Assembly: GCF_009914755.1 (NCBI RefSeq)
Contig: NC_060942.1
DNA length: 64,000 nt
From: the human T2T-CHM13v2.0 reference genome, Homo sapiens
Strand: one strand, 5' to 3'
Position numbers and translations under genes: made by a program. Positions 13,856 to 28,024 of this stretch are shown here, piece after piece. Numbering within the stretch: position 1 is the stretch's first letter; each line of letters opens with the position of its first letter. Under the pieces are notes generated by a model. That model made no database searches and was not told where the DNA came from. It saw only the letters and a program-made list of their open reading frames with translations.

Positions 13856-16292
13856 TCAACCTGATTTTTGAGGGAGGGGCACTGCAGAGCATAAATTACA
13901 TCTCAGAATTTATTCACCTTGGGGCAAAGGAGTTGGCCTTTTGTATTCCCACATACTTCTGTTATTGGCCAGTCAGCAGGAGGTGTCCCCCACCACAGGG
14001 AGGAACCAGGAGAACAAGGAGGACCCAGTGAGCCCGAGCAATCTTCTCATGGGTGGGAGTGCCAGCCTGTTAGCAGCAAAGCACATTAGAGGGGCTCCAA
14101 CAATGTACTCCAAATCTACGCTCAACAGGAGGACTAAATAAGTGGGATAAGCAAAAGCTACTTAGAATTTTAAAAACGCTGCCTGAATATAAGAAATAAT
14201 TTTATTCTGGTGCATTCTTAGGACAAATGGAATCATTCCAGAACCTTCTTTGAAATCAGAATCAGACACACTTGCAGTAATCTGACTCTCTCCCTGAGGA
14301 ATCTGATATGAAGACAGTCATTTAGAAAAAGGAGTTGTGGCCAAAGCTGGATATTGTTTCACTGAATTTACAGAATTAATTCTTTTAACTAATTCTGTTC
14401 AGATAAAAGATCAAGCCTAGCAGACAAGTGATTTAGCCCCAGGCCACATAACTGGTAATTGACAGAAGCTGAATGAAGTCAGGTCTCCGGACACTCAGTC
14501 CAGAGTCCTTTCCAGTCCCTGCCTGCCCAGCATTAGGAAGCGATTTTGCTTTCTAGCTGGGCCAGACAGGGATCCAGGAGGGAAGAAGTGAGGGAGACAT
14601 TCCCTTCTTTGACTCTGATCTTCAGCATTTTTGAAGCCCACTCAGACATGGAGAGAGACTAAGTCTCTTGAATGCTTTTCAAGTCCTTCTCTACCGTGGA
14701 TGGGAAGGAAAGCATTCCTGAGACTCATTTGTAAAGACTGCATGATGTGACAAAGTCACATGAATACAGGAAGCCATCAGGCCACAGTGAGGAAAGGAAG
14801 CTGGGGACAGGGGGCTGCTTTGCTCCTGAGAAGGCTATCACAGTGACAATTGTGATCTGAAGGTCCTCAGAGTTTAGTAGAAGGAAAAAAATCCATCTCC
14901 TTGCATTCTTCTTCAGGCAGTCTTATGCAGTGCTTATGTATAGCTGCCTAGTCCAAGGTTTTTTCATTTTGTTTCTTCCTCTTTTATAAAGAAAGATGTT
15001 ATTTGCAGGAAAAACATGAGTGAGAGATAAGGGATCTGAGCAGTCTCATGTACTTTGCCAGGCCCTTTTATGGAATGGGAGCATCCTTCATGCAAAATTC
15101 ATGGAGTCATTCTTATGAGAAGTTCAGCATGCCTACTCTTTTCTATGGTCTTAGATTTCTAAGAAAAATGTGCATCTCTAAAGAAAAAAAGTTACTTGCC
15201 AATATATAAAGCCTTTTAATTTGTACCGATGCTTAAAAAAAAAAGTTTAAACAAAACCCAGATGGAAGCTGTCTAAATGCTTGGGTTAGAAAGAAGATTG
15301 GGTCAAATACAATAGCAAGTCCTAAAGCAATAGCCTGCTGCAGGGAGTATACATCTATCCACATTTAGTCTAAATGTAGAGTGACCTTTCACTACCAAGC
15401 CTTGAGCTTAAAGTTGGCTGCAGTTATTGGAAATCATTTCCAAAGGTCACTTGTAAAAAAAAAAAAAAAAAATGAAAAGAAAAAAAGTAATATGGATTTA
15501 AAGATACCTTTCATACATGTAGAAAGCCAAGGCTGCCATGCTAGTTAAAATACTATGGGAGAAATCATTGCTGCAGTGATGAGTTTTGAAAATAATCTAA
15601 AAGGTCTAGGGCTATACAGATAGCAATTTAATTTTCTTTCCCTATCCATTAGTAGAATTGTTCCTATGTGCATTGCTAAGCTATTTACCAACACCATATT
15701 ATAAGCATCCGAAAAAGAATATGCATTATTACACTTAGGAGGGAGTTACTGAGAACCATTTGCTTTCATTAGGTCAGGGATATTACACTGAGGCCAGGCA
15801 GAGAACATTCCCATGAGCAAAAGTCTGACTCTCATTCCAAGTGGTGACATTTATATGCAGGGTGTCCAACATGTCATTAGAGATTTTCAAAGGGCATATA
15901 TAGCCAAAGTCACTAGGGCATGATGCGTGCACCACCTTAATAACTTAAAAAAAAAAATTCACAGGCTCAGCAGGAGTATAGAAATACTCTTATGTTCATC
16001 AGTGAATGCTAAATGAGTCCCCTTTGTAGATGCAGGCAGAAAGAGAGCAGGCATGTGCATGTGTAAGAAATAAGACATGCTTTGATGATTCTCAAAGACA
16101 TCTGCTCTTTTCCTGTGGTTTTTTTTTTTCTCCCAATGTAAAATTTTGTTCAAAGTGGAAAATAGATTTTTTTTTGCAATAAAACAGAAATTCATAACAA
16201 ATTGTTCTATTTTATTTAATTAGAAATCTCTTTGTCTCAAAATTTTTCTTTTTACTCTTCCCAACTAACCCGTTTCTTTTCTCTTTTTCTGA

Positions 16293-16332
16293 TGTGTGTG
16301 TGTGAGTGTGTGTATGTGTGTGTGTGTGTGTG
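16293..16332. repeat. Interrupted (TG)n microsatellite
   Basis: Read directly from the sequence. Confidence 0.9.
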
Positions 16333-16654
16333 CTGCTCTTCAGAGTAGATTGCTAAGGACAATGACAATATCTATTTAGATACTTTATTTAGGACTTGTA
16401 TATTTATTTTTAAATCCTTTCATTTATTAAGTTTATTAAGTATTAATAATCTTTTCATTTATTGCCACCCCTCACAAATGTATAGAGCATCTCTCGTGTG
16501 CTAGAACTTTCCTAGCCACCTGAACCCACTTAGATGAAAAATAAGACACCTCTCTGTTCTCACAAACACTCGTCTGTTTTTGTTAGCGAAGACAGAAGTG
16601 TCTATCATGTGAGTTTTGTGATGCAGAGGGATAAACACATGTTCAGAAAAACAT

Positions 16655-16850
16655 CTGACTTCCAGTGTTGCTTCTAACACTTACCAGCCTCGTAACCAGA
16701 GGGAAGAAACTTCATCTAAGTCTTAGTTTCTTCAACTGTAAAATGAGAAAAAATAATATCGGTCCTTCCTACCTCACAGGGCTGTGGAGAAAATAAAATG
16801 AAAGTAAACATTATGAAAATGCCTCATAAATTTCAAAGTGTTATGCAAAT
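16655..16850 (+). mobile_element. MIR SINE
   Basis: TCTTAGTTTCTTCAACTGTAAAATGAGA...CCTACCTCACAGGGCTGTGGAGAAAATAAAATGA. Confidence 0.75.
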
Positions 16851-19800
16851 TCAAGGCACTAATGCACTGAGTAAATGGCAGACTTGATGCCTGGCTCAGA
16901 GCTGAACAGAGTGGGTTCCCTACAAAGGGACGAACCCAAGGGAGAGTCAAGACCTTAGCCAATAAGAATTTTCTAGGTGACTCATGTGACAAGGCCTATC
17001 TGTGGTTTTTGTGGTTTTTGTTGTTTCCGTTTTTTTTATTTATTTTATTTTATTTTATTTTTTTTAAAGATTGTGGCAGGTATGTCGGGGCACAGAAGGG
17101 TCTTTTATCCTTGAGCATGTTACCCTGTGCTATTGCCTTTTGGAAATATGCCCATCCTATTTTGTTGTGAGAGTTTGACCATAAATAGCTCTCTTCTAAA
17201 ATGTGAACACTTTGTGCCTTTTATCTTCTTGCTGGCAACCCCTTGCATCTTTCTTTCGTTTTACAAATAATAATGCTTATAATAGAATATTTGGGGGAGG
17301 CCAAAAAGGAGAAGTGAGAAAAACATCACCCATAAGACAATCACTGTTAACATTAGTTTATTTCTTCACTTTCTTTTTTTCTATGCATATATGGAAAAAA
17401 ACTATATTTGGTTTTATATAGTTATGGACAAACTGCATATCCAATGTTATAGTCTGCTTTTGTTTCCCACATAAGGTAAAATAAGAAATTTCCTTTATTT
17501 CCATTTTTTTCTGCCCTCTTATCATTCAAAACTCATGTTCTTCCTCATCTTCCTTTGGTAGCTCCCCATGTTTTGCTGATTTGATTTACAAGGCCTCATC
17601 TGCATTCTAATGACATGTTTCTGCCACTAGAATCCATCTCTCTTCTTCTTCTAAGAGTTAATTTAATTGTCTATATTTGTCATTTTACCAAGAGCTCCTT
17701 CAAGTAGGAGCCACGTCTATTTGTCTTTTTGTACACAGAGATCAGATCAGTGCTTGGCATAAACTGCTCAAGAAATATTTGTGGAATAGACTACCAATTC
17801 CTATGATAAATTCTTAGCAAAAATCATGTGTGTCTGCCCTCTAGACCATTGAGTTGATAAACTATAATTTCCTTAAAAATTCCTCAATTGCTGGTTTCCA
17901 TATTGTTACTACACTACAATTAACATTTTAAACGTATTTTTTCTGTGTTTCAGATTGTTTTTAAACTTAAGATTCATAAATGAGAAATTCTAGGTCTCAA
18001 TATTTTTTAATGAATTTTGACATGTATTTTCCAATTGCTTTTAAAGAACTTGGATCTACTTTCATCACTTTCAAGCTATATCCCAGAGTTCATCAAGACT
18101 ACATTAAGACAGGATGGATACTCTTTCCTCCAGGAAGCCACCTCTGTTTCCCTACCCACTCTACCTGTTAAGCTTAGGTGTGTCTCCTCTGTGCTTCTAT
18201 ATAACCCTTCACTATAGAGTTAGGATGTTTTGTTATGGTTATATATTTACTTGTCTTTCTTCCAAAGAAGACTATGAGCTCCTTTAAAGGAAGAGGCAAA
18301 TGTAATAAATTATTACAATCCCTAGCGCCTAGAAGTGTAACAGATTCACAATACATTCTTATTGACTGTAAGAAACCAGTGCTTAATCCAACTATATAAA
18401 AAAAATGACCCATGAATGAAGATAATAATGGCAATGATTATGTACCAAACATAAATTGGAGGATGAGAGAGATGAGGAGACTACCGATTTATTCTTTACT
18501 CTGGAAACTTTGACAGAATTAATGTTCAGTACATGCTATAATGTTCGATTATTCAACAGTTCACACACTGGAGTCAGGAAGTTGCCCAACACTGAATTTT
18601 CCCTTCTCCATCAGCCTGCCTTTACTCCATTTTATATGTCAGGTTTCCTTCCTCTAAAAATTCTTAGGGTTTACCACTTCAGCATGCAGATTTAATTACT
18701 GGTAGTGCTGCCTAAGGCAAGCAGTCCTATCAGTGCTAAATCTGTTTAAAAAAAGTCCACACTTTTCTTGGGGAAAAAAAAGGTTTTATAATTTATAAGA
18801 GTTCATAATGAATATTTTACCAAGGGCAGAAAATGAGCAAAGAGGTATGAAAGAGGCTATGGGATTATTTCCTAGCAACCCATCGGCCAAAACGAAGCCT
18901 AAATATGCTATGTCCTAAATCCCAGTGCAGAAAGAATATGTAAAAATGAAGTGATCTTAAAGAATATATGTGCTTTTTTCACTTGTTCAGTTTTTCTTCA
19001 ACATGCTGATCAATATCCTCTATATAGAAATGATCATTAAATATGTAAGGAGAGTTCTGTGATGTTGATGGAGCCACAGGAGGCTCCCTTTTTCTTATAT
19101 TCACATTCTCTAATAGCAGAGTTGGATTATTGCATTTTTTCTAGTTTCTCAAGTTAAGAAGTAGATTGGGAAATTAGAATTGGTTACAGGCTGAATTTTA
19201 CATGTTAAAGGCTTTTGACTTAAAAAGATATTGGTAAGAAAGAGCCAAGGGTTTCTTTTTACAAGGCCAAAAGCATAAATATGCATAACCAGACAAAGTC
19301 CTCCACACCTAAATACCAAGTTATAAAAAAATCTTGCTCCTAACCCATGTAGACATGATGCTTACTCTTCAGGGTGAGGTATCCACCTTCATTCCATTCA
19401 CAAAAAGTAGCCACTCATGTCTAGGATCCATCAATGTGTGAATTCTTGACACTTAGCTGCAGCAAGTATTTGCTAAGTGGCATATTCAGAACAGAGCCGC
19501 ATCTATCATTCAAGTGTTACTAATTTCCATTGTAATGAGCACTTGAGAATGAACAGTAAGTTCGTTGTTCAGGAATACATGTGCAATCCTGCTGTTGATG
19601 GCCCATAAACACGAACTCATTTTCCAACCCTCAGGGCTTGCCTCTGGCACATGGAATTTGGAGGTATGATTTCTGTGGGTAATTATCCCACTTTGCATGT
19701 GTACAGTGCTTTGTAGTTAACAAAGACTTCCATTACATAAACTTGCACATCCAGTAGAAGCGGAGGCCTGACAATTTAATTATTACTATTAAATTGAAAG

Positions 19801-21219
19801 CTAACTGTAATCATTTCTGACAAGTCCCCTATCTTTGTCAGCAAATTTAGTGGGTTGAGTCAACTGCTAATTTGAATCCAGTCCATTTTCCTCCATGCCG
19901 TCATTGCCCTAGTTGAAGTTCTTATCAGCTCTCTCGATCAGCTGCAATATTTCTTCTAACCAGTCTTCTGTATTCCAGTCTCCCATCCTCCCCTTCCCAC
20001 TTCCCAGTAAATCCTCCACACAGCAGTCAGAATGACCTTTAGAAAAGCAAATCTATTATGTTATTTTCCCTCCTTAACATCATTCAATGGCTTACAGCTG
20101 CCTTTAAGATAAAGTACAAAATCCTCCGCAGAGTAAAAAAGACCCATGATGTAGTCTCTGCCCAGAGGCTGAATTCTGAGTCCCTCAACACTGAAAAGAT
20201 TACAGTGATCCACTTTCTACTTCCTCGTCTCTTCATCCACATGTAATTAAGAAGGGAAGAAACTATAAAACATGAAACACATATGTATGTTGTAGTTAAA
20301 ATAGTTTCTTAAAACAGTTCTGATTACAAAATTGTGGATAAATTTATCAAAGCTAAACTCCTTTTACCTTTTTTTTTTTTTTTTGCCCTCTGCTTTGCAA
20401 GTGCCCCTAAGAATACTCAAACTTTGCCAGTTGGGTGATCTAGAACTGAGCTGTTTCTCTAGCAAAAACAGTCAAGCAAACAAAACAGTAGCAACAAAAC
20501 TCAACATATGTCACTAAGGAACCTTTTGGTTCATTCAGCCATTCACTTAGAGTAAATTCATTGTGTGTCAGACACCGTTCCAGACCTTACTGGGGACGGG
20601 GGACACACAGTGAATGGGATACTGTTGCTGGCTTCAAGGAGCTCACAGTTTAGAAGGGATGGGGATGAGGGGTTATACAGTAAAGGTTTTCCAGTCTTTT
20701 CTTCAACATCTCATGCAACAGGTATCTCTGTGTTCCTAACCTCCTTGAAGTCTCCATTTACTGTACCTTGTTCCATGATTCCACATGATGGTCCTTCAAG
20801 TACTTATTCATTTATTCAAATATTAAGTCATTTCTTTTCCACGTGATAGTTCTTCAACGATAAAATGGAATAAAATTCATATACTCAAAAAATTATATGC
20901 CACACTCTGGGAATTCAACGGCCCTTGCCTTAAGCTCCTCACAGTTTTGTGGCAGATATTGACAAGCAGATAGACAATTACAAAGTGATGTGACAAGAAG
21001 AAGGACTGAGGAACTGAATATAGACCTCTAAGTGTGTGACCATCTGTGTAAGGAGAGGGAGGATCTGACCTCTGTGTAAATATTAGCCGGGCTAAGAATC
21101 ACAGCGGGAGTCCAGGAAGAGGCACTGTCAATAAGCAATCACTGGTGGTATAACCAAGCATGGTAGGTTAGGGGAATCCTCTGTAGAGAGTATGTTTGGA
21201 GAAAGTATAGGTCCTAGAC

Positions 21220-21807
21220 CAGTGTGTTTCAAATTTAGTGGACATCAGAATGACCTGCAGAACTTATTAAAGTAGTTTTCTGGGTCCCTGATAGTTTGAA
21301 TATATGTCCCCACCAAATCTCATGTTAAAATGTAATTCCCAATGTGGGAGATGGGACCTGTTGAGAGGAATTTGGGTCAGAGGGGTGGATCCCCTCATGG
21401 CTTGGTGCTGTCCTTGCCACAGTGAGTTCTCATGAGATCTGGTTGTTTAAGTGTGTGGTATTTCGCCCCCAACTCACTCTCTTGTTCCTGCTTCTCCCAT
21501 GTGACATGCCTGCTCCCTCTTTGCCTTTTGCCATGAAAAACAGCTCACTGAGGCCTCCCCAGAAGCCGAGCAGATGCCAGCTTCGTGTATAGCCTGCAGA
21601 GCCATGGGTCGATTAAATCTCTTTTGTTTATAAATTAGCCCACCTCAAGTATTTCTTTATAGCAATGCAAGAATGGCCTAATATAGTCCCATCTTCAGAA
21701 TTTCTGATTTAGTAAGTCTTTGGAAGGGGACAAGAATTTGCATTTCTAACAAGTTTTAGGTAGTGCTGATATTATTGATCTGAAGAACCACACTTTGAAA
21801 ACCACTG
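21220..21807 (+). mobile_element. MER5A hAT DNA transposon split by an MST LTR
   Basis: Termini CAGTGTGTTTCAAA and TTTGAAAACCACTG. Internal CATCAGAATGACCTG and GAATTTGCATTTCTAACAAG. Confidence 0.85.
21289..21685 (+). mobile_element. MSTA/B solo LTR (MaLR)
   Basis: TGATAGTTTGAATATATGTCCCCACCAAATCTCATGTT ... TTTATAGCAATGCAAGAATGGCCTAATATA. Perfect 5-bp TSD GTCCC. Confidence 0.92.
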
Positions 21808-24800
21808 CCATAGGCAATTAGACAAGGAAGAAATCACTAAGTTTTATATATAAAAGTTATAAGTGCCTCATGAGTGTAGATAACAAAGCTTTGCAGTTAT
21901 TTAAAAGTGGATAACTTTTGCAATTCAGTAAACTGTTACTGAGTCTTGATATACAAAAGACACTATTCAAGACCCTGTTCTTTTCTAGGGTCAACCCCTC
22001 TTCACTCCCACATTCCCAGTGGTTTTCAACCCCTTTACCAGCTTGGTTTTTCACTACAAAAATATAAAAGTGTCCTTTTTGCTGACATTGACTTAAGATA
22101 ACCTTAGGCAAGTTTGGAGTCAAGACCTAAGCTCAAAACCCAAATTTACACCTGACTAGCCATGAGCTATGGAAATTAATTTAACTCACTTAATTGTAAC
22201 TTTTCCAATATATAAAATGGGGAAACATTTATAGGGATTTTGTGAAGATAAAATGAAATATCAACTTGCCTAGTGCCTGAAGCATAATCAATGCTCAAAA
22301 AGTTCTAACTCAAAAGAGATAGTCTTTTCAATTAATTATGCTGGACCAGTTAGTTATTTCTATCCTGACTCCCACTTCACAAACAAAAACTGATTTTGGA
22401 TAGATTGTAGAAGTACTGGAGATTGGTAAATGATAAAGCTTTTAGAAGAAAACATAGGGTAATATCTTCATAAACTTGGAGTAGGCAACAGTTTCTCAAA
22501 CAGGATATAAAAGAACTAGCAATAAGGGGAAAATCTGGTAAAGTCAACTACATTAAAATTAAGAATTTTTTTATTATCCAAAGACACCATTAACAGAATA
22601 AAAGGAAAATTTATCAATAATAGGAAGATATTGCAATACATGTATCTGACAAAAGCATATATAAATAACTCCCATAAATCAATAAGGTAAAGTCAATCTC
22701 TCAGAAAAATGACAAAGAATTTGAAGAGAATCTTCATAAAAGAGGATTACCAAAAGACAAAAAAAAAAAAAAAAGAAATTGAAAAGCTACTCAATCCTTC
22801 ATTAGTCATGAGGAAAATAAAAAAGTCTATATTGTACACACTCATCAGTATAGCTAAGATGAAAAAGTGAACAATGCCAAGTGTTAGTGAGGGTATAGAT
22901 GAAAAGAAACTCTCATACACTGATGGAGGAATGTAATTTGTATAACTATTTTGGAAAACTCTTCAGCAATCAGTATCAACCAAAGCAAAGCATATGCCTG
23001 TCCCATCACCCAGAAATTCCACTTCTAGTTGTACACCTACCAGAAAGAGATGCATGCACATGTTCACCAAAAGATATTTATTGTAATACTGTTTATAACA
23101 GATCCAAAATGGAAACAACCCAAAGGTCTAGCTAGAGTAAAATAGATAAATATATGTGGTACATCAACATAAGAGAAAACCACAGAGCAACAAGAATGAA
23201 TGAACTACTACTACATGCAACAACATGGATGAATTTCATAAGCATATGATTAAGCAAAAGAAGACAGACACTATTCAATTTATGCAGTGTTCTAAACCAG
23301 TCAAAATGAATCTATGTTGAGAAGAGACTTTTGCTTCTGATCAAGATGGAATAACTGGGACCAAATTTATTCTCTTGCCAAAACCAACCAACCAAACAAA
23401 TTAAGACAAAATAGAATTAACTACGGTTTGCATGACACTGAACAGCAGGAAAAGGAGGACAGTAATTTCTGAGAGATAGTAAACAAGCAAGGCAAGCCAT
23501 GTGATTGTCCCAGTTTACCAACTTGAGTTCCCAGGTTGTAACACAAGGAGAGAAAACTACAATAGAGCCCAGAAGACTCTTTGAGTTTAAGGGACAAATA
23601 TGAGAATCCATGAACAAGGTGTCTAGAGTTCTCAAGACAAAGAACCAGAAAGGTGCATGCAGTTCAAAGAGAGAATGCTGAACATCTGCTGAGGCTTCCC
23701 ATTGGGTATTCAGCAATTTCTGATGAGTACATGCATATGTCATAATGACCCAAGGCAGGGAAAGAACCTGGGTTAGAAAGGATTAGAGGGGATAGTGCCT
23801 GACACTTACACAAGGGTGGGAACAGTGCCTATTCCTACCAAATATACTGGAAAAAGTTACAATTTTTAGGGCATTGAGTAGATGCAAAAATCTTCCCAAT
23901 GTTCGAGAAGGTCCTGCCTCAGTGTTAATTAGTTTTAGACTGGTCACTGTTTTAGATCCATCTAAATCATAAAAACAAGAACCAAAGTGATCAAACTCTC
24001 TCCAAGTAATTTAACTGTATCCTGGTATAAAGCCTGAGAAAATTTCTAGGAATACAAAAACATCCAATATAAAACAGGATAAAATTAACAAAGTCTGGTA
24101 TTCAATCAAAGATTACAAGGTATGTAAAAAAGCAGGAAAGTAAGATCAATAATCAGAAAAATAAATAAATCAATTTAACTTAAACAGAAATTACTCAGAG
24201 ATGAGAATTAGCAGGCAAGGATATTTTAAAGAGTTATAACTATATTCTGTATGGCCAAAAAGTTAAGTAAAGACATGGAAAATACAAAAAAGACCTAAAT
24301 TAAACTGTTAGAGATAAAAACTAGAATATTTGGGACAAAAGAATTATACGGGATATGATTAATATCAGATTAGACAAAGATTAGTGAAATTTAAGCCACA
24401 GCAATAGAAATTATCAAAAACAAAAACACAGAGAAAAGATATAAAAAAAGAAAAGAGAATTAGTGAGCTATCAGACAACTTTAAGCAGCCTAATATTTTG
24501 TAATTGGACTACCTGAAAAGAGGAGAGGAAGATTTAAAAATCTGAAAAATAATAGCTGAAAATTTCATATTTTTGGTGAAAACTTTAAGTTCAGAGATCT
24601 AGGAAGCTCAAGAAACCTCAACCACAGAAAATCTGAAGAAAACCACATCAATGCACATCACAATCAAATTCCTCAAAATTGACACTAAAAGGAAAATCTT
24701 AAAAACAGCCAGAGGAACAAAAGACATGTTTTATACTGAAGAACAAAATTAAAGATGACAGGATTTCTTGTTGGAAACAATGCATGTAAAAGATCTTTGA

Positions 24801-25036
24801 GTAACAACTCTATAGTACTGAAAGAAAACAACCTGTCAATCTAGAGTTTTATATCCAGCAAAAATGTCTTTCAAAAATAAAGGTTAAATAAAGATGTTTG
24901 TGTACATATAAAAATTGAAATAATTTATAGAAAAATAAAAAGGATTTCTTTAGGCAGAAGGAAATTGATACTGAATGAAAACCTGTGTTTATACAAAGGT
25001 ATAAAAAGCAACAGGATTATTAGCCATGTGAGTAAA

Positions 25037-25483
25037 TGCTGTGGTTTGGATATGATTTGCTTTTCCCCACCAAAATTCATATTGACATTTGATCCCCGAT
25101 GGGGCAGTGTTGGGAGATGGGGCAGAGTGGGAGGTGTCTGGGTCATGGGGGCCGATCCTTCATGAATGGCTTGGTGCTATTCTCATGACAATAAGTCAGT
25201 TCTAGCTCCAGTAAGGTTGAATTAGTTCTTGAGGGAATGGATTAGTTCTAGGGAGAGTAGTTATATAACCAAGACATCCCTTAGGTTTTGGCTCTCTTTG
25301 CACGTGTCTGCTTCCTCTTTGACCTCTCTGCCATGCTTTGCAGCACAAAAGCCCTTGTCAGAAGCCAGTGTCATGTGCTTTAACTCCCTAGCCTGTGGAA
25401 TCATATGCCAAATAAACATTTTTTCTTTATAAATGACCCAGTCTCAGATATTCTGTTATGGCAACACAAAATTGACTAAAACA
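25037..25483 (+). mobile_element. MSTB-type solo LTR
   Basis: TGCTGTGGTTTGGATATG...GGGTCATGGGGGCCGATCCTTCATGAATGGCTTGG...TTGACTAAAACA. TSD GTAAA/ATAAA. Confidence 0.88.
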
Positions 25484-25664
25484 ATAAACATAAAAAACCG
25501 AAAAAAGTTGTTTAAACCTTTTAAAAGACAATTGACTAAGCAAAAATAATAATAATGTATTGTGGGATTTATGGTATATAAAAATAAAATATATGACAAC
25601 AACAGGGTGGGGAAAATGGAAGTATTATAAAGCTTTTATATTATACACCAAGTGGTACAATGTC

Positions 25665-26030
25665 TGCCCTGATCTGAATGTGTCCCCCCATCTCCTGCAA
25701 ACTCATATGTTGAAACCTAACCCCAAAGGTAATGGCACTGGGAAGTGGGGTCTTTTGGGAGATGATTAGGTTATGAGAGCAGAGCCCTGATGAGTGGATT
25801 AGTGCCCTTATAAAAGAGACTTCAGAGAGCTTCCTTGCCCTTTCCACCATGTGAGGACCCGAAGAGAAATTGGCAGTCTGCAACTTGGATAAGGCCCTTC
25901 ACTGGAATCTGACCATGCTCAACCTGATACTGGATTTCCCAGCCTCTAGAACTGTGAGAAATAAATTCTATTGTGTATAAGATACCCAATTTATGACATT
26001 TTGTTATAGTAGCCACAATGGACTAAAATA
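25665..26030 (+). mobile_element. MLT1A solo LTR
   Basis: CTGAATGTGTCCCCC...TCATATGTTGAAACCTAACCCC...ATTAGTGCCCTTATAAAAGAGAC...CCAGCCTCTAGAACTGTGAGAAATAAATT. Confidence 0.88.
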
Positions 26031-27712
26031 AAATAACTGAAAAGTAGACTGCTAAAGTTAATGATGCATATCTACCCTAAAAGAATGACCAAAAAAAATA
26101 ACCTAACAAAAGAAATAAAATTGAATAATTAAAAAATCGATTAATCCAAAAGATGGCTGACAAAGGGAAAAAGGGAACAAAGAAGACAAGAGACAAATAG
26201 AAAGCAAATAGCAAGGAGATAGTATTTAAATTAACCATATCAATAATCACATTAAATATAAATGGTGTAAACATGTCAATTAAAAGATATTTATGTTTAT
26301 TGGATAAAGAAGCATAGCACAACAATATTCTGCCTTTAAAAGGGCACTTCAAATATAAAGACAGAAATAAAAGTTTGAAAAAAGATATACCATTGTAAAA
26401 CCAGTCAAAAGAAAGCTAGAGTTTCTATATTGAGCCAGGCAAAGTAATATTCAAAGCAAAGAATATTACCAGGTATAAAGAAGGTCATATCATAATAATA
26501 AAAGGACAATAAGTCACAAGGACAAAACAATGCTAAGTGTTTATGTCCCTAAAAATGGAGATTCAAAATACATGACACAAAAACTGATAGGGCACCATTG
26601 AAAAATAGTCAAATCCATAATTGCTGTCAGAGAACTCAATACCTCTCTTCCAATAAAGAATAGAATAGACAGATACTCATCAAGGCTATAATAGACTTGA
26701 AAAACATCATTAATCAAACTGGCTTGATTATTAAGAAAGACTCTATCCAACAATAGGATAATACACACTTTTCAAGTGCACATGCAATATTTAACAAAAT
26801 AGAACATAAGTCTGGTCCATAAAACAACTCTCAATAAATTTAAAAGTATTCAAGTCATGTAACATATGTTTTCTGGCCATAATGGAATTAAATTAGAAAT
26901 CAATAATGTGAAAATCTCTAGAAAATCTAAATAACACAAAGGTCAAAGAAAAAATGAAATGAATTTTGAAATGAATGAAAATGAAAGCATGACATATCAG
27001 AATTTTAAAAATGTCCCTAAAACAGTACCCAGGAGGAATTTTATAGTGCTTAACACCTATATAAGAAAAAAAGAAAAGTCTCAAGTTAATGACCTCAACT
27101 TCTATTTTAAGAGACATGAAAAATGAGAGCAAATTGAACCCAAATTAAGCAGAAGAAAGGAAATAAAGAGAATGAAAAGACAAAGAATAGACCAAGATAA
27201 ATATATGCAAAGCATATCACTGATAAAAGAATTATATCAGAATACATAAAGAAAACTTAATTTAAAAACAAACCGTAGAATAAAGAAATGAACAAAAGAT
27301 TTGAACAGGCACTTCACCAAGGAAGATATAGGGATGGCAAATAAGCATATGAAAAGATGCTCAACATCATTAGTTATCACAGGAATATAAATTAAAGCAC
27401 CATGATATACCCCTACATACCTATTTAGAATGGCTAAAATGAGAAAGACTGACCATACCTGCATTGTCATTGATGTAAAAGGATTACAAATATCATACAT
27501 TCTTGATGGTAACATGAAATGGTGCAACCATTCTGGAAAATAGCTTGGCAGCTTCTTAAAAAATTAAACATATAACTACCCTTGATCCAACCTTCCTAGG
27601 CATTTTTCCCAAGAGAAATAAAAGAATGTCCATACAAACACTTGTAAACAAATGTTCATAGTGGCATTATTTGTACCAGCCAGAAACTGGCAGCAACTCA
27701 AATATTCATCGA

Positions 27713-28024
27713 GGCTGCGCCTGGTGGCTCATGCCTGTAATCCCAGCACTTTTGGATTGCTTGAGGCCAGGAGTTTGAGACCAGTCTGGCCAACATGGAA
27801 AAACCCCATCTCTACTAACAATACAATAATTATTTAGGCATGGTGGCAGGTGCCTGTAATCCTGGCTACTCAGGAGGCTGAGGCACAAGAATGGCTTGAA
27901 CCTGGGAGGCAGAGATTGCAGTGAGCCAAGATCATGCCACTGCACTCTAGCCTGGGAGACAGAGTGAGACTCTGTCTGAAAAAATAAGTAAAAAAATAAA
28001 TAAAATTTAAAAATAAAGAAAAAA
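27713..28024 (+). mobile_element. AluJ-like SINE with a short deletion in the left arm
   Basis: CCCAGCACTTTTGGATTGCTTGAGGCCAGG lacks the GAGGCCGAGGCGGG segment. A-rich tail present. Inserted in the L1. Confidence 0.9.

Larger units (their letters stand above)
13180..14112 (-). mobile_element. LTR16-family ERVL LTR interrupted by L1PB
   Basis: GAGCCAAGATTTCAGTTGCAAGTG..., then GAGCATAAATTACATCTCAGA...GGGGCAAAGGAGTTGGCCTTTTGTATTCCCACA...ATTGGC. Confidence 0.55.

Noticed and set aside
24200-27530. L1 ORF1/ORF2 as coding sequence
   Set aside because: The frames are full of stops and frameshifts and are interrupted by LTRs, so the element is a fossil.
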